Shown here: positions 36,601-46,800 of the stretch, in pieces | Numbering within the stretch: position 1 is the first letter of the stretch | How the letters are laid out: every line of letters begins with the position of its first letter | Source of the DNA: a virus | Lineage: Duplodnaviria; Caudoviricetes | Virus record (IMG/VR): IMGVR_UViG_3300042361_000498 | DNA length: 64,000 bases | Strand: one strand, 5' to 3' | The notes under the pieces: model-generated | The model's database searches: none | What the model saw: only the letters and a program-made list of their open reading frames with translations | What the model was told of the DNA's origin: nothing | Made by a program: the position numbers and the translations under genes

Positions 36601-38992
36601 ATTCCTTTGGGAGTATGCGTTTGGAACTGATAGAGAAGGTAATCAAAAATATGGAATGCCATTGGAAGATGCAAACAATCAAGTTTGGAGAAGAATCCTA
36701 AACAACCTACCATATTTATTAAAACATAAAGGTACATCCAGAGCTATGAAAGCAGCTATGGCTTGTTATGGTGTTCCCCAATCCATGTTAACAATTATGG
36801 AATATGGTGGACCGCAAGACCCAACAAAAGATGGTACTACTAAATTTACATTTGATGATAGAACTGCTGCAATTAAATTAAACTCTGGTTCATATAATTC
36901 TTCTGTTGTTGTTCCTTGGAAATCAATAAATGGTTCATATCCACAAGGTATTGAATTTAGAATAAAACCTGATAACGTACATAATACAACTATTATATCA
37001 TCATCTCAATTTAAATTAGATATAATACAAACAACAGGTTCTTTTGCAACTTTACGATTTGGATTGGGTGGTAATGCAATATCAGCAGGACCTTATATAG
37101 AAACGCCATTTACATCTGCATCCGTATCAACTACTTATTTTACAGCATCTATTGAATATGTGCTGGGGCCTGATACTGTTAGTGGTAGTTCTAATTTTCC
37201 ATTATCTACCGAATATTATAGTAATGTTTTAATAAATAGATATCAATTAGGAGGTCAATTTTCATCCGCATCACGTTATGAGGTATTACTAAAAACATCC
37301 GATGGACAACGAATTGTGAATTCCGTGAGTATGTCTTTTGTTAGTACAAAGGAATATTGGGAAAGTGGTTCTAATTTAACAATAGGTAAAGATTTTGATG
37401 GTAACTTAGATGAGTTTAGATTATGGAGAGTTCCACTGCAACCATCTAAATTAGAAAATCACACATTACACCCAGATGCTATAAATGGAAATTCATATAC
37501 TTCATCAACGGCTGATTTATTATTTAGATTAGATTTCGAATATCCAAAAAATAGAATATTAGACCCATATATTAAAAACGTTGCTATAAACACAACATAT
37601 GGTGAAAATTATGCTACGGCTAGTAATATGTACCCCGCTACACTATATCCGTATCAATACACTCCATATGATAGAACTGTAACAGCAACTGTACCATCGT
37701 TGGGATTAAATTATTCCAATAAAATTCGTTTTGAAGAACAAACTTTAGTTGGAGATTTATCTCATAAAGTAAGAGCAACTCAAAAAGCGTTTGATAGAGC
37801 ACCAATAGATTCAAATAGATTAGGTATATTCTTATCTCCAATTAAGGAGTTAAATATGGATATTGTAAGAGCATTTGGTGATTTTAATATTGATAACTAT
37901 ATTGGTGACCCATCGGATGATTATAAAGATAATTATACAGAATTAACTAATTTAAGAACTTATTATTTCCAAAGATTAAATAGAAACATATACGAATACA
38001 TTCAATTGGTTAGATATATTGATAAATCTTTATTTGATGTATTGGAAGATTTGGCACCAGCTAGAGCAAAGGTATCTAAAGGTTTATTAATTGAACCGCA
38101 TTATTTAGAAAGAAGTAAAACTAAATGGAGTAAGCCTGAATCCGAAAGAGGTGATTATGAAACATTAATAAACACATTTGAAGATAAGAAAATTGAATTA
38201 ACTTATGAATCTAAAGATGCTTTAATAGATGCATCTACTCAAGTTAATTTAGAAGGAGATACTCCAAACTATGATACTATAATAAATGCAGAAGATGTAT
38301 ATACATTGGAAGCAACTAATCCAAACTACGATACATTAATAAATACTAATGATAATATTATAATTGAAACCGAATATCCAACATACCCACCTACTGGTTC
38401 TGTTAATATTGATTGTAACTTGGGTTCAAAAATATTAGCTGAAGTAGATTCGTTTACAACTACTATTATTGGATTTGACCCTAACTCAATTGCTAATGCA
38501 GGATTTGGATTATATGCAGAAAATGGTAATAGTATTATTAGAAAAATAGAACCGGTATTTGGAAACTTTGAAACAACTGGTAGTAGAAGTAGTGTATTTT
38601 TAGTAAAAGAGCAATACAATACAAAAATATCAACTCAATTAAAAGGTTGGCCTACAATTGGTGCTTTACCTGGTGAGCAAGTATATTATGAAGATGTAGA
38701 TGTAACAAATTACAGATATAAAGTTTCAATTTTACCATTTAGTGGAAGTATTAACGTTGGAAACGATACTGTTGAAGTAGTGGCATTAAATGGATATTTT
38801 CCATCACACTATAAATTTGTAAATAATTTATCGGAAGGAATGCAACGTTCTTACTTTAAAGGTTCTTTACAAACATCGGGTTCAACGCCAGATGGTTTAG
38901 CTGCAGTTGAAACATTTACAACTAATCCTAACATACTTAGAGTATCTAAAACAGGTAGAGGAAGTGGTGAACCAATACTTGTTGTTGACTAA
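33629..38992 (+). CDS. Large baseplate wedge protein (gp7-like) with LamG-like domain
   Basis: 1787 aa; FLDMIGQHFDIIWVYIKAL...WRRILNNLPYLLKHKGT (tail protein I-like); FDGNLDEFRLWRVPL (LamG-like). Confidence 0.5.
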   Translation: MAAPKQIGYDDYGNPLLDESGAPLFIGEGSGGNPIGSPAFAPTPPPATLPQSTSYTFRLENITGDDVVFSYQAPNSVYKNVTVFAYSNREVCAIPDTFTYPPGLDVTQLSPCDNPTGGTPSTPGGSTEPIDGIGRTPAPVSATKFNLRIISANAAGSTQKYVINGKEYSEATNYEFDINDFKNAVEIIPNYNNKLYNLKNAFRIHTQRSGTLAIFETLTKYGSDNSGSEINRFFDTFPTDITVTFDYEPFALPPPTNDSVELQLELDGQSESAVVLLDSGVEYLVKSGYSVINVKLGSTFKLYSNGSDYNVTRLLGIESQGDRDVTAFDLNANATTPSLELSYRVKQSVKVFITTNSVQRVESRPKIVPGISFTAGDSREYNTNSETGVAFTIGKSGGVSRIRVSVNNQEYTFSDLGSDGETIIYLPDAAFPTPGQYRIIMVPSNGNGDGNPIEGLVSAFADFWVGVPDIRDIVYPSVLRGPDYTGTNVDFDLSYKTVNADFVRISKEGSSQYIQGPASGTIKLNVQQILDLDNTLTSEDEDKISFTLKLVAYNISGLSPVISREEFITILFDKGDLIIPRPLAMNRIADGFFSQFNTNVFADETSKYLTHLLHLGDGDNKVVTTWVGSDNSLILKLYEPLTTAVQANQQVWISKLQSNPIVETVTLKNEVDEFCPPLKGPNFSLDTSVGIGYKVFDELTASGSYTSNDIVNKYLEGNGIDTSKLNISYASGSVYLFNNFVNFSSAEERVNNFFYKVQLIETYKDKYTRLIADTFTNPYIDLQSNLLAEYDATNADVFLTTYSSQNNANLITEDTIFDLIQWEINQPKGTAQISEAKNILEKANVLIRGLDGFEKWLYTDLIYSDSLSYPKTTSTNGLTGLTTYVLKPTTDSEVTAWYESLINLAYEFDKYNPNYLVNNIPEFIKEDYDNNDFILFLDMIGQHFDIIWVYIKALSGNKLLEEKQFKGATNNLIYYLLESMGWDGKRAFDSQFLWEYAFGTDREGNQKYGMPLEDANNQVWRRILNNLPYLLKHKGTSRAMKAAMACYGVPQSMLTIMEYGGPQDPTKDGTTKFTFDDRTAAIKLNSGSYNSSVVVPWKSINGSYPQGIEFRIKPDNVHNTTIISSSQFKLDIIQTTGSFATLRFGLGGNAISAGPYIETPFTSASVSTTYFTASIEYVLGPDTVSGSSNFPLSTEYYSNVLINRYQLGGQFSSASRYEVLLKTSDGQRIVNSVSMSFVSTKEYWESGSNLTIGKDFDGNLDEFRLWRVPLQPSKLENHTLHPDAINGNSYTSSTADLLFRLDFEYPKNRILDPYIKNVAINTTYGENYATASNMYPATLYPYQYTPYDRTVTATVPSLGLNYSNKIRFEEQTLVGDLSHKVRATQKAFDRAPIDSNRLGIFLSPIKELNMDIVRAFGDFNIDNYIGDPSDDYKDNYTELTNLRTYYFQRLNRNIYEYIQLVRYIDKSLFDVLEDLAPARAKVSKGLLIEPHYLERSKTKWSKPESERGDYETLINTFEDKKIELTYESKDALIDASTQVNLEGDTPNYDTIINAEDVYTLEATNPNYDTLINTNDNIIIETEYPTYPPTGSVNIDCNLGSKILAEVDSFTTTIIGFDPNSIANAGFGLYAENGNSIIRKIEPVFGNFETTGSRSSVFLVKEQYNTKISTQLKGWPTIGALPGEQVYYEDVDVTNYRYKVSILPFSGSINVGNDTVEVVALNGYFPSHYKFVNNLSEGMQRSYFKGSLQTSGSTPDGLAAVETFTTNPNILRVSKTGRGSGEPILVVD

Positions 38993-39012
38993 TTGGAAAA
39001 TAAAAATAAGTT

Positions 39013-39021
39013 ATATTTATA
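39013..39021 (+). promoter_or_regulatory. ATATTTATA putative late promoter
   Basis: 24 nt before the ATG at 39046. Confidence 0.6.
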
Positions 39022-39045
39022 TAATATAGAATAAACGAATAAAAA

Positions 39046-39675
39046 ATGGCATATTTAGATAATACAGAAATAACAGTAGATGCAATACTTACCAAAAAAG
39101 GTAGACAAAAATTAGCATCTGGACAATCTCTAAACATCACAAAATTCGCATTAGGTGATGATGAGATTGATTATACATTGTATGAGCCGGCACACCCAAA
39201 AGGTTCGGCATATTATGATTCTGCTATCAGAGCAATTCCGGTAACGGAAGCAACTCCTGATGAGACTCAAATATTAAGATACAAATTAGTAACTCTTCCA
39301 AAAGGAACAACTCAAATACCAATAGTTAAATTGGGTGTAACAGCAATTTCAGTAAATCAAACTGAAGGTGGTGTATCGTTATCACCAACAACATCTCCTG
39401 CTGGAAATACAAACGCTGGATACACTGTGGTGTTGGCTGACCAAAGAGCTGGTACATTGACAGTAACCAATGGAACAACTGGAACTGGTACGGTACCTGT
39501 TTTCTTAGGTGAAGAAATTACAACAACTGCACAAGTAGTTAGTGGTTTAGAATTTAGATTTACTCCAAATCCTAACTTAACTATTGATGTTGCAACTACA
39601 TTGACAGTATATGGTAATGATACGGGTGGTTCTGAAACAATTCCAGTAACTGTGATATACAAACAAAGAATATAA
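39046..39675 (+). CDS. Tail-collar/fibre-attachment-like protein (DUF3751 N-terminal half)
   Basis: ILTKKGRQKLASG...ITKFALGDD. Confidence 0.55.
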   Translation: MAYLDNTEITVDAILTKKGRQKLASGQSLNITKFALGDDEIDYTLYEPAHPKGSAYYDSAIRAIPVTEATPDETQILRYKLVTLPKGTTQIPIVKLGVTAISVNQTEGGVSLSPTTSPAGNTNAGYTVVLADQRAGTLTVTNGTTGTGTVPVFLGEEITTTAQVVSGLEFRFTPNPNLTIDVATTLTVYGNDTGGSETIPVTVIYKQRI

Positions 39676-39687
39676 TAAAATAAGACA

Positions 39688-40938
39688 ATGGCAATAATTA
39701 ATGATATTAATATAACCTCACAAATTGCAGCATTGGCAAATGGTGGAAATTTGGATACCAACGCTTTGGTATCTTTATTAAACTCGGCATTACCAGCTGG
39801 ACAACAATTATCTTCAGGTGGTACTACCAACGCAATTGGTATCTACAAAAGATTTGGTGAGTTTGATAAAGTAAACGCAAAAGTAGAAGTTGTAACAACT
39901 GGATTATGGTCTAACGATTCTGGTTCATTAACTACATTTTTTACATCATCAACGCAAGTTGCACAAAATAGTGGACAATACTACTATAATGTATATGATA
40001 AAAATACAGCAACCGATTCAACTACTGAAGTTCAATTTGCAGTAGCATACGGACACGTAGATGGTAGTGGTTCAATGACATTGAATTTAAACGATAATTC
40101 ATTACAAGCATCCAAAGCAACTTATGCACAATATCGTTCAATTTTATTAGACCCAACAGATACTAAATTCTCATTTGAAAATAGTTCTACAACTTTAGTT
40201 GATTCGAATGATATATATGTTATCAATTTAAGTAGAAATAGATTTAGAGAGAAAATGGATGCTGGAAACTGGTCATTACCACTTTCTGGTTCTAATGGTT
40301 TATTTACTTTTATTGATAATAGTGGTAAGAAATTTAGTGATGAGAGTGGATTAAGTGGACGAGTATTTAAAGTTGTTGAAGGTAACTTAAATTTAGGTAC
40401 ACAAAGTGAAGCAACTATTACAAGTACAACCGATGCAACATCTGGTGAAGGATATGGTTTATTTTATCCTGATAGAGGTATTATTGTTCTTAATCCAAGA
40501 GCAATTGGTAATAAGGTAGGAAACGTTTGGAACGAAGCATTTCAAACTGTAGGTCATTTAGCACCTGGTGGTGCTGGAGCAACATCTGCACCTGATAATT
40601 CAACATCAACTGCGGCTGAACAATATTATCATAAGAGATTGTACTACGCAATTAAAAATGGTAAAGATTTTGAAGCAAGAAGAACTGAAAATGTATCAAC
40701 ACAACATTTCTTTGTAAGAGCAACAAATAGAGAGTTTAACTACTCCAACAATCCAACATATGTAAATGTAGATGGTACATTTAGTGAAACAACTTTTAAA
40801 ACTGACCCATATACTTACATTACAACGATTGGTTTAATGAATGATTCAAATGAATTGATTGCGGTGGCTAAAACATCTCAACCAATTGCAAAATCATTTG
40901 ATAAGGAAGTTTTAATTAAAGTTAAATTATCATTCTAA
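39688..40938 (+). CDS. Baseplate/tail-collar structural protein (DUF3751-like C-terminal motif)
   Basis: Ends YITTIGLMNDSNELIAVAKTSQPIAK; shares EFNYS-NP and GN-FYDRG-like motifs with 41026. Confidence 0.55.
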   Translation: MAIINDINITSQIAALANGGNLDTNALVSLLNSALPAGQQLSSGGTTNAIGIYKRFGEFDKVNAKVEVVTTGLWSNDSGSLTTFFTSSTQVAQNSGQYYYNVYDKNTATDSTTEVQFAVAYGHVDGSGSMTLNLNDNSLQASKATYAQYRSILLDPTDTKFSFENSSTTLVDSNDIYVINLSRNRFREKMDAGNWSLPLSGSNGLFTFIDNSGKKFSDESGLSGRVFKVVEGNLNLGTQSEATITSTTDATSGEGYGLFYPDRGIIVLNPRAIGNKVGNVWNEAFQTVGHLAPGGAGATSAPDNSTSTAAEQYYHKRLYYAIKNGKDFEARRTENVSTQHFFVRATNREFNYSNNPTYVNVDGTFSETTFKTDPYTYITTIGLMNDSNELIAVAKTSQPIAKSFDKEVLIKVKLSF

Positions 40939-40960
40939 TAGAATTAATTAGATAAAGTAT

Positions 40961-40993
40961 AAGACCCCCAATTCGTTGGGGGTTTTTCTTTTT
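40961..40993 (+). terminator. Intrinsic terminator
   Basis: ACCCCCAA-ttcg-TTGGGGGT followed by a T-rich tract. Confidence 0.88.
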
Positions 40994-40997
40994 ATTA

Positions 40998-41006
40998 ATA
41001 TTTATA
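40998..41006 (+). promoter_or_regulatory. ATATTTATA putative late promoter
   Basis: Right after the terminator, 19 nt before the ATG at 41026. Confidence 0.6.
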
Positions 41007-41025
41007 TAAAAGTAAAACAAATCAA

Positions 41026-41997
41026 ATGCTTAAACCAATACCAAAATCAGATATCATTGTTAGACCTATAACAGTTTACAAAGAATGGTCTTTGGATGAA
41101 AATGATGTATTTCCAATATTTGCTTTAAGTGGAAGTAGTGGTAATTTCGATGATGAGTTTGATGAAACAAGTAATGGATTTTCTAAAAAAAGTTTATACG
41201 CATCAATAAAATCACAATTTTACAGAAATTCTTCAACTGCATCAATTTTAACAGAAGTTGGTTTACGAAAATCATATGCATCTACCGATGAAAGAAATTT
41301 AGAAGATGAGGTGGTGGTATTTTCAATTCCACAAATATACATTGGTGAGGGTATTAAAATTGGTAGTGTTGTTTTATTAGATGATGATACTAATAGAACT
41401 TTAACGGATGATGGTTATTCAAACCTTATAGATTCTGGTAGTAATATTAAAGGTAATATATTTTATGATAGGGGATTAATAGTTGTGGCTAAAGATATTA
41501 CATCCGGCTCAAACTTTAATACTTTTAGATTAAATTATCGTTCTACTAAAACAATTTATGAAAACGAAATATTCATATCGGTTTTAGAGCATGAATTTAA
41601 TTATTCTCAAAATCCATCTGCTGTATATGAAGATGGGGCAACTTATGATATGATAACCGTTACTAATAGAAATGATGTAACTGGAGCTAACACATATTCA
41701 AAACCAATTTATAAAAGTGGTGTAAAATATGTAAAGAAAAAAACCAATTTACCAAATGGTGATGGTTCTTTGGATTTTAGGATACAATCAAATATAGACC
41801 CAACAAAATATGGTAGTTGGGATGATTATGATGAATATATTTCAACAGACCCTACCGGTTCATATTTAGCACCATATATTACAACAATTGGATTATATGA
41901 TGATGATTTAAATATGGTTGCTGTTGCAAAATTACCACAACCAATAAAATCATTGCCTGATTTTCCAGTAAACTTTATTATAAGATTTGATACTTAA
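41026..41997 (+). CDS. Structural protein, paralogue of 39688
   Basis: EFNYSQNPS; ends YITTIGLYDDDLNMVAVAKLPQPIK. Confidence 0.55.
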   Translation: MLKPIPKSDIIVRPITVYKEWSLDENDVFPIFALSGSSGNFDDEFDETSNGFSKKSLYASIKSQFYRNSSTASILTEVGLRKSYASTDERNLEDEVVVFSIPQIYIGEGIKIGSVVLLDDDTNRTLTDDGYSNLIDSGSNIKGNIFYDRGLIVVAKDITSGSNFNTFRLNYRSTKTIYENEIFISVLEHEFNYSQNPSAVYEDGATYDMITVTNRNDVTGANTYSKPIYKSGVKYVKKKTNLPNGDGSLDFRIQSNIDPTKYGSWDDYDEYISTDPTGSYLAPYITTIGLYDDDLNMVAVAKLPQPIKSLPDFPVNFIIRFDT

Positions 41998-42011
41998 AAA
42001 GTTATTGTGTT

Positions 42012-42020
42012 ATATTTATA
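42012..42020 (+). promoter_or_regulatory. ATATTTATA putative late promoter
   Basis: 17 nt before the ATG at 42038. Confidence 0.55.
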
Positions 42021-42037
42021 ATTAAACAATTAAAACA

Positions 42038-42226
42038 ATGGCATCTATATTAGAATTATTTGGTGAAAACGGTCCAAAAACTTCACAAATTAATAAAAAA
42101 GGTAAAGATAAAACTCCAATATCAGAAGATGGTGGAATGAATTTAGCAAACGAAGCAAATTTAGCAAAAGCTAGACAAGGAAAATTAAATTCAAAATTCT
42201 ACTCTGATTCGGTAGTAAAGAAATAA
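42038..42226 (+). CDS. Hypothetical protein (62 aa)
   Basis: Follows the promoter motif; 1-nt gap to the next gene. Confidence 0.7.
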   Translation: MASILELFGENGPKTSQINKKGKDKTPISEDGGMNLANEANLAKARQGKLNSKFYSDSVVKK

Positions 42227-42227
42227 A

Positions 42228-42635
42228 ATGAATTGGTTATATGAGGGAAATATTGTTACGGAGGAAGACGTGCCTGTTGGTGCGGTGGGATTCGTATATA
42301 AAATAATTCACACTCCAACTGGTAGATACTATATAGGTAAGAAATCACTTACATCAACTAGAAAATTAGCACCACTCAAAGGACAAAAAAGAAAAAGAAC
42401 AGTAACCAAATCTTCGGATTGGGAAAAATACTATTCTTCAAACGATTGGATTAAAGAGCAAGTAAAGGAAGGTAAAGCTGACGAGTTCAGTAGAGAAATC
42501 ATCCAATATTGTTTCTCTAAGAAATCATTAACATATTACGAAATCTATTGGCAGTTTCATTATAATGTACTTGCCGATGATAATGCAATAAACGAAAACC
42601 TAATGGGTAAATTCTATCGTAGGGATTTACTTTAA
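42228..42635 (+). CDS. GIY-YIG nuclease (Seg-like)
   Basis: GFVYKI...TGRYYIGKK...Y.SS...FSREII...YYE. Confidence 0.8.
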   Translation: MNWLYEGNIVTEEDVPVGAVGFVYKIIHTPTGRYYIGKKSLTSTRKLAPLKGQKRKRTVTKSSDWEKYYSSNDWIKEQVKEGKADEFSREIIQYCFSKKSLTYYEIYWQFHYNVLADDNAINENLMGKFYRRDLL

Positions 42636-42646
42636 ACACAAAAGTT

Positions 42647-42847
42647 ATGACAATACCTGAAATATCAAAAAAATACGGAATCTCCGAAGCATATTTAAAT
42701 GCAAAAGATGATGCAGTACAAATTGCGGCAGCATCTATATTAGATTTAAAAGCTATGGTTGAGCAAAATCATCCAAAAGAAGTTATCACAAAGAAAATGC
42801 AGTTTTTAGCAGATTTCTTATATGATGTAAAAAATTCCAATCATTAA
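42647..42847 (+). CDS. Hypothetical protein (66 aa)
   Basis: MTIPEISKKYGISEAYL suggests a short HTH-like start. Confidence 0.65.
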   Translation: MTIPEISKKYGISEAYLNAKDDAVQIAAASILDLKAMVEQNHPKEVITKKMQFLADFLYDVKNSNH

Positions 42848-42879
42848 TTTGGAATTGTAAAATAATCTTCGTATATTTG
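42848..42879 (+). promoter_or_regulatory. Bacteroidota-type housekeeping-sigma promoter
   Basis: TTTG 42848-42851, 20-nt spacer, TATATTTG 42872-42879, ahead of the replication genes. Confidence 0.75.
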
Positions 42880-42898
42880 TAAGATTATAATCCAAATT

Positions 42899-43837
42899 AT
42901 GCTATCTGGTAAAAATAAAATTGTAGTTATATCGATTTTAGACACAACGCTTGGTGTTGGTTCATCTCTTAAAGGAAATGAGCAACAACACCATTGTCCA
43001 TTTTGCCATCATCACAAAAAGAAACTACAAGTCAATTTAGATACACAGCAATGGCATTGTTGGGTGTGTAACTCCAAAGGTCGTTCCATCTCATCTCTTC
43101 TTCGTAAACTAAATGTTGATAGGAGGGATTTGGATAGATTACATAAAATCTATGGAGATGAACCAGCATACTCACCAACGGAAGAGTATGTAATCAAACT
43201 ACAATTACCAAAGGAGTTCAAACAATTACATTTTAAACCATCGGGTCTATTTAATCCAATTTACACCAAAGCAATCCATTACCTAAAACAAAGAGGTATA
43301 AAGGATTCGGAGATTGTAAAATATAACATTGGATATTGTGAAGATGGATTATATGGGGGTAGGGTTATTATACCATCCTATGATGAGAGTGGTGAGTTAA
43401 ACTATTTTATTGCTCGTTCTTTTTATGAGGATGAAAAGATGAAATACAAAAACCCACCTGTCAATAGAGATGTTATTGTATTTGAGAATCAAATAAATTG
43501 GAATGAACCTATCACATTAGTTGAAGGAGCATTTGATGCATTTTCCGTAAAGAGAAATGTAATTCCTTTATTGGGTAAATTCCTATTAAGTAAATTGAAG
43601 AATAAGATTTTTGAAAAAGGTGTAAAAGAAATCACCATAATGTTAGATTCGGATGCTATTGAAGATTCCACAAAGCATTCAGAATGGTTTATTAAAAACG
43701 GAATTAAAGTTAAGAATATAATACCTAACGGCAAAGATGCCGGAGAGTTGGGATACGAAAGAGTAAACGAACTTATTAAAACTACTACTGAAACTGGTTG
43801 GGATGATTTAGTCCTTGCCAAATTAAACAACGTATGA
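42899..43837 (+). CDS. DNA primase (DnaG/gp61-like)
   Basis: Zn finger CPFCHHH...WHCWVC; GRVIIP; TOPRIM LVEGAFDA and MLDSDA; KDAGE. Confidence 0.9.
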   Translation: MLSGKNKIVVISILDTTLGVGSSLKGNEQQHHCPFCHHHKKKLQVNLDTQQWHCWVCNSKGRSISSLLRKLNVDRRDLDRLHKIYGDEPAYSPTEEYVIKLQLPKEFKQLHFKPSGLFNPIYTKAIHYLKQRGIKDSEIVKYNIGYCEDGLYGGRVIIPSYDESGELNYFIARSFYEDEKMKYKNPPVNRDVIVFENQINWNEPITLVEGAFDAFSVKRNVIPLLGKFLLSKLKNKIFEKGVKEITIMLDSDAIEDSTKHSEWFIKNGIKVKNIIPNGKDAGELGYERVNELIKTTTETGWDDLVLAKLNNV

Positions 43838-46800
43838 GTATAAAAAGAATATATCACATTGCAGATGTTCATATCCGTAATGTAAAAAGACACAACGAAT
43901 ATAGACAAGTATTTGAAAAAATGTTTGAGGAGATTCGTAAGAGGGGAACTGAAGATTCACTCATTTATTTAGCTGGAGATATTGCCCATGCTAAATTGGA
44001 AATGAGTCCTGAATTATTAAAAGAAATTAGTTGGTTATTTACGGAGTGTTCTAAGCATTGTGAAACTATCCTTATTGCGGGAAATCACGATTGTAATATG
44101 AACAACTCCGATAGATTGGATGTTCTGACTCCAATCGTAGATGCATTGAATCTACCAAACTTTCATTACCTTAGAGATACGCAAGTATATTCAATTGGAG
44201 GAATTGATTTTTCAGTATTCTCTATTTTTGATAAAAGAGATAATTGGATTACAGCAGATAAACTATTTGGTAACAAAAAGATTGCACTATTTCACGGACC
44301 ATTAGATACATCCACAACCGATGTAGGATATGTGGTAAGTAGTAGACACTTTAAGCCGGAGATATTTGATGGGTTTGATTTGGCTCTATTAGGTGATATT
44401 CATAAGAGACAAGAAATCATATCGGAAGCTGGATGTAAGATTGTATATGCTGGTTCATTGGTACAACAAAACTTTGGAGAGAGTTTAGATAAGCACGGAT
44501 TTGTAGTTTGGGATATGGATACTCTAAACTATGAAGAGGTTGATATCCAAAACGAATACGGATACTACACTATGAATGTGGATAATGGTATTGTGCCGGA
44601 TGTAACGGATATGCCATTAAAACCTCGATTGAGAGTTAAGTTATCCAACACCGATACTGCGGATACTAAAAGAGTGGTAACGGAAATTAAGATGAAGTAC
44701 AACGTAGATGACTTCACAATCATTCGGACAGACTCATTCTCAAAGAGTAAGACGGGTAATAGAAGTAGTAAGTTGGACTTCGAAGATATATCGGATATTA
44801 ACCACCAGAACTCTCTCATATCGGAGTATGTTAAACGAATGATGCCATATACTACCGAAGAGGATTTGAAGGGCTTAGAAACGATAAATAGAGATGTAAA
44901 TAGTAGAATCGTAACGGAAGATATTCATAGAAACATTCATTGGAAACCTGTAAGATTTGAATTCAGTAATATGTTTTCGTATGGGGAGGATAATGTAATT
45001 AACTTTGATAAGGTAGGTGGATTGATGGGATTGTTTGCACCAAACGCAGCTGGTAAATCCTCACTATTTGATGCAATATCATTCTGCCTTTTTGATAAGT
45101 GTAGTAGAGCATTCAAAGCAGGAAACATTCTAAACAATCGTAAGGATACCTTTAGTTGTAAGTTGGAGATTGAGATTGATGGGGTAAGGTACTTTATTCA
45201 AAGGGAAGCAAAGACAGTGAGTAAAGGTAAGAGTGTTAAGGTAGATGTACAATTTTGGAAAGAGAATGGTGATGGTACGGAAATTCTAAATGGAACGGAA
45301 CGTAGAGATACCAATAACATCATTGAACAATATGTTGGTAGGTATGAAGATTTTGTACTAACTGCCTTATCATTGCAAGGAAACAACGCCCTATTCATTG
45401 ATAAATCTCAAAGTGAAAGAAAGGAATTACTTTCTCAATTTATGGGATTAACTATCTTTGATAAATTATATGAAACGGCTAGTGAAGATATTAAAGAGGT
45501 AACAACACTTATTAGAAATTTTAAGAGGACCGATTTTACTTCCGAATTAGCAGAAAAACAAAGTGAACTCAAAGAAAAGAAAGAAGAGTTTGATACATTG
45601 GATACTGAATCTAAAGAGTTGGAAACTGAAAAGAGTGAGTTGGAAAAAGAAATTATCCAGTTATCACAACAATTGACTCCAATGGATGGTAATTTAAACA
45701 TTGATAGTTTGAATACCAAAAAATCAAATTTAGACCAAAACATTGAGAAGCAGATTGAAAAGATGACAGATAAGGCATCTAAGTTGGAAGAGTATGAATC
45801 TGCATTAAAACAAATTGGAGAGGGTATTGAAGAAAGTAAATTGTATGATGATACTGCAATTGATTATATGTACACAAAATTTACAACTCTACAATCCACA
45901 TACACATCATCACTACACTCTATTGATAAGTTACACATATCATTGGATGCCAACAAAGAAAAGTTATCTCATTTAGAAAAGCATGAGTATGACCCTAATT
46001 GTAACTTTTGTATGAACAACGTATTCGTAAAGGATGCAAAGGAAACTGAAAAGATAGTTGGGGAGCAGTTGATTGTATTGGAAGAATTGGAAAGAGGTTC
46101 AAAAACAATTACTCAAAATCTACAATCATTAAAGGATGTTAAATCTCAATATGATTTGTGGATTTCTTTAACCGAAAAACAAAAGAAAGGTAACACATTA
46201 TGCGATAGTACCAAATTGGAGTTAGAGCAGATGGAAACTCAACTACAACTATTCCAACATCAATTGGAAGGAGTTGAGGGGGATATCCAACGTTACAATG
46301 ATAATTTGGAAACCATTTCTAAAAACAAAGAGATACAAACTAAAATATCAGAACTAACAACATCTAAAAAAGAAATTGAGGGTAAGATAGAAAGTGCTAA
46401 AAAGAAACTTTTAAAGTTATCATCCGATACCGGTTCTATTAACACATTTATCAAAGATATGAAAGCTAAGATGGGGGAGGTTAAGGATTTGGAAACAAAG
46501 AATCAATTGTACACATTTTATTTAGATGCGGTTAAGAGAGATGGAATTCCATACGAATTGATTACTAAGGCTCTGCCTGTAATCGAAGAGGAAATTAACA
46601 ACATATTAGGACAGGTTGTTGATTTTGGAATCGTAATGGATACGGATGGTAAGAACATCAACGCTAAGATAGTTTACGATGACCAGGAATGGGCATTGGA
46701 AATGTGTAGTGGTATGGAGAAGTTTGTTAGTGGATTGGCAATTAGAGTTGCACTTATTAACATATGTAACTTACCTCGTCCAAACTTCTTAGTAATCGAT

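Noticed and set aside
42228-42635. GIY-YIG gene as an intron-encoded homing endonuclease or mobile element
   Set aside because: Flanking ORFs are not halves of one gene, there is no room for intron structure, and the protein lacks an extended DNA-binding tail
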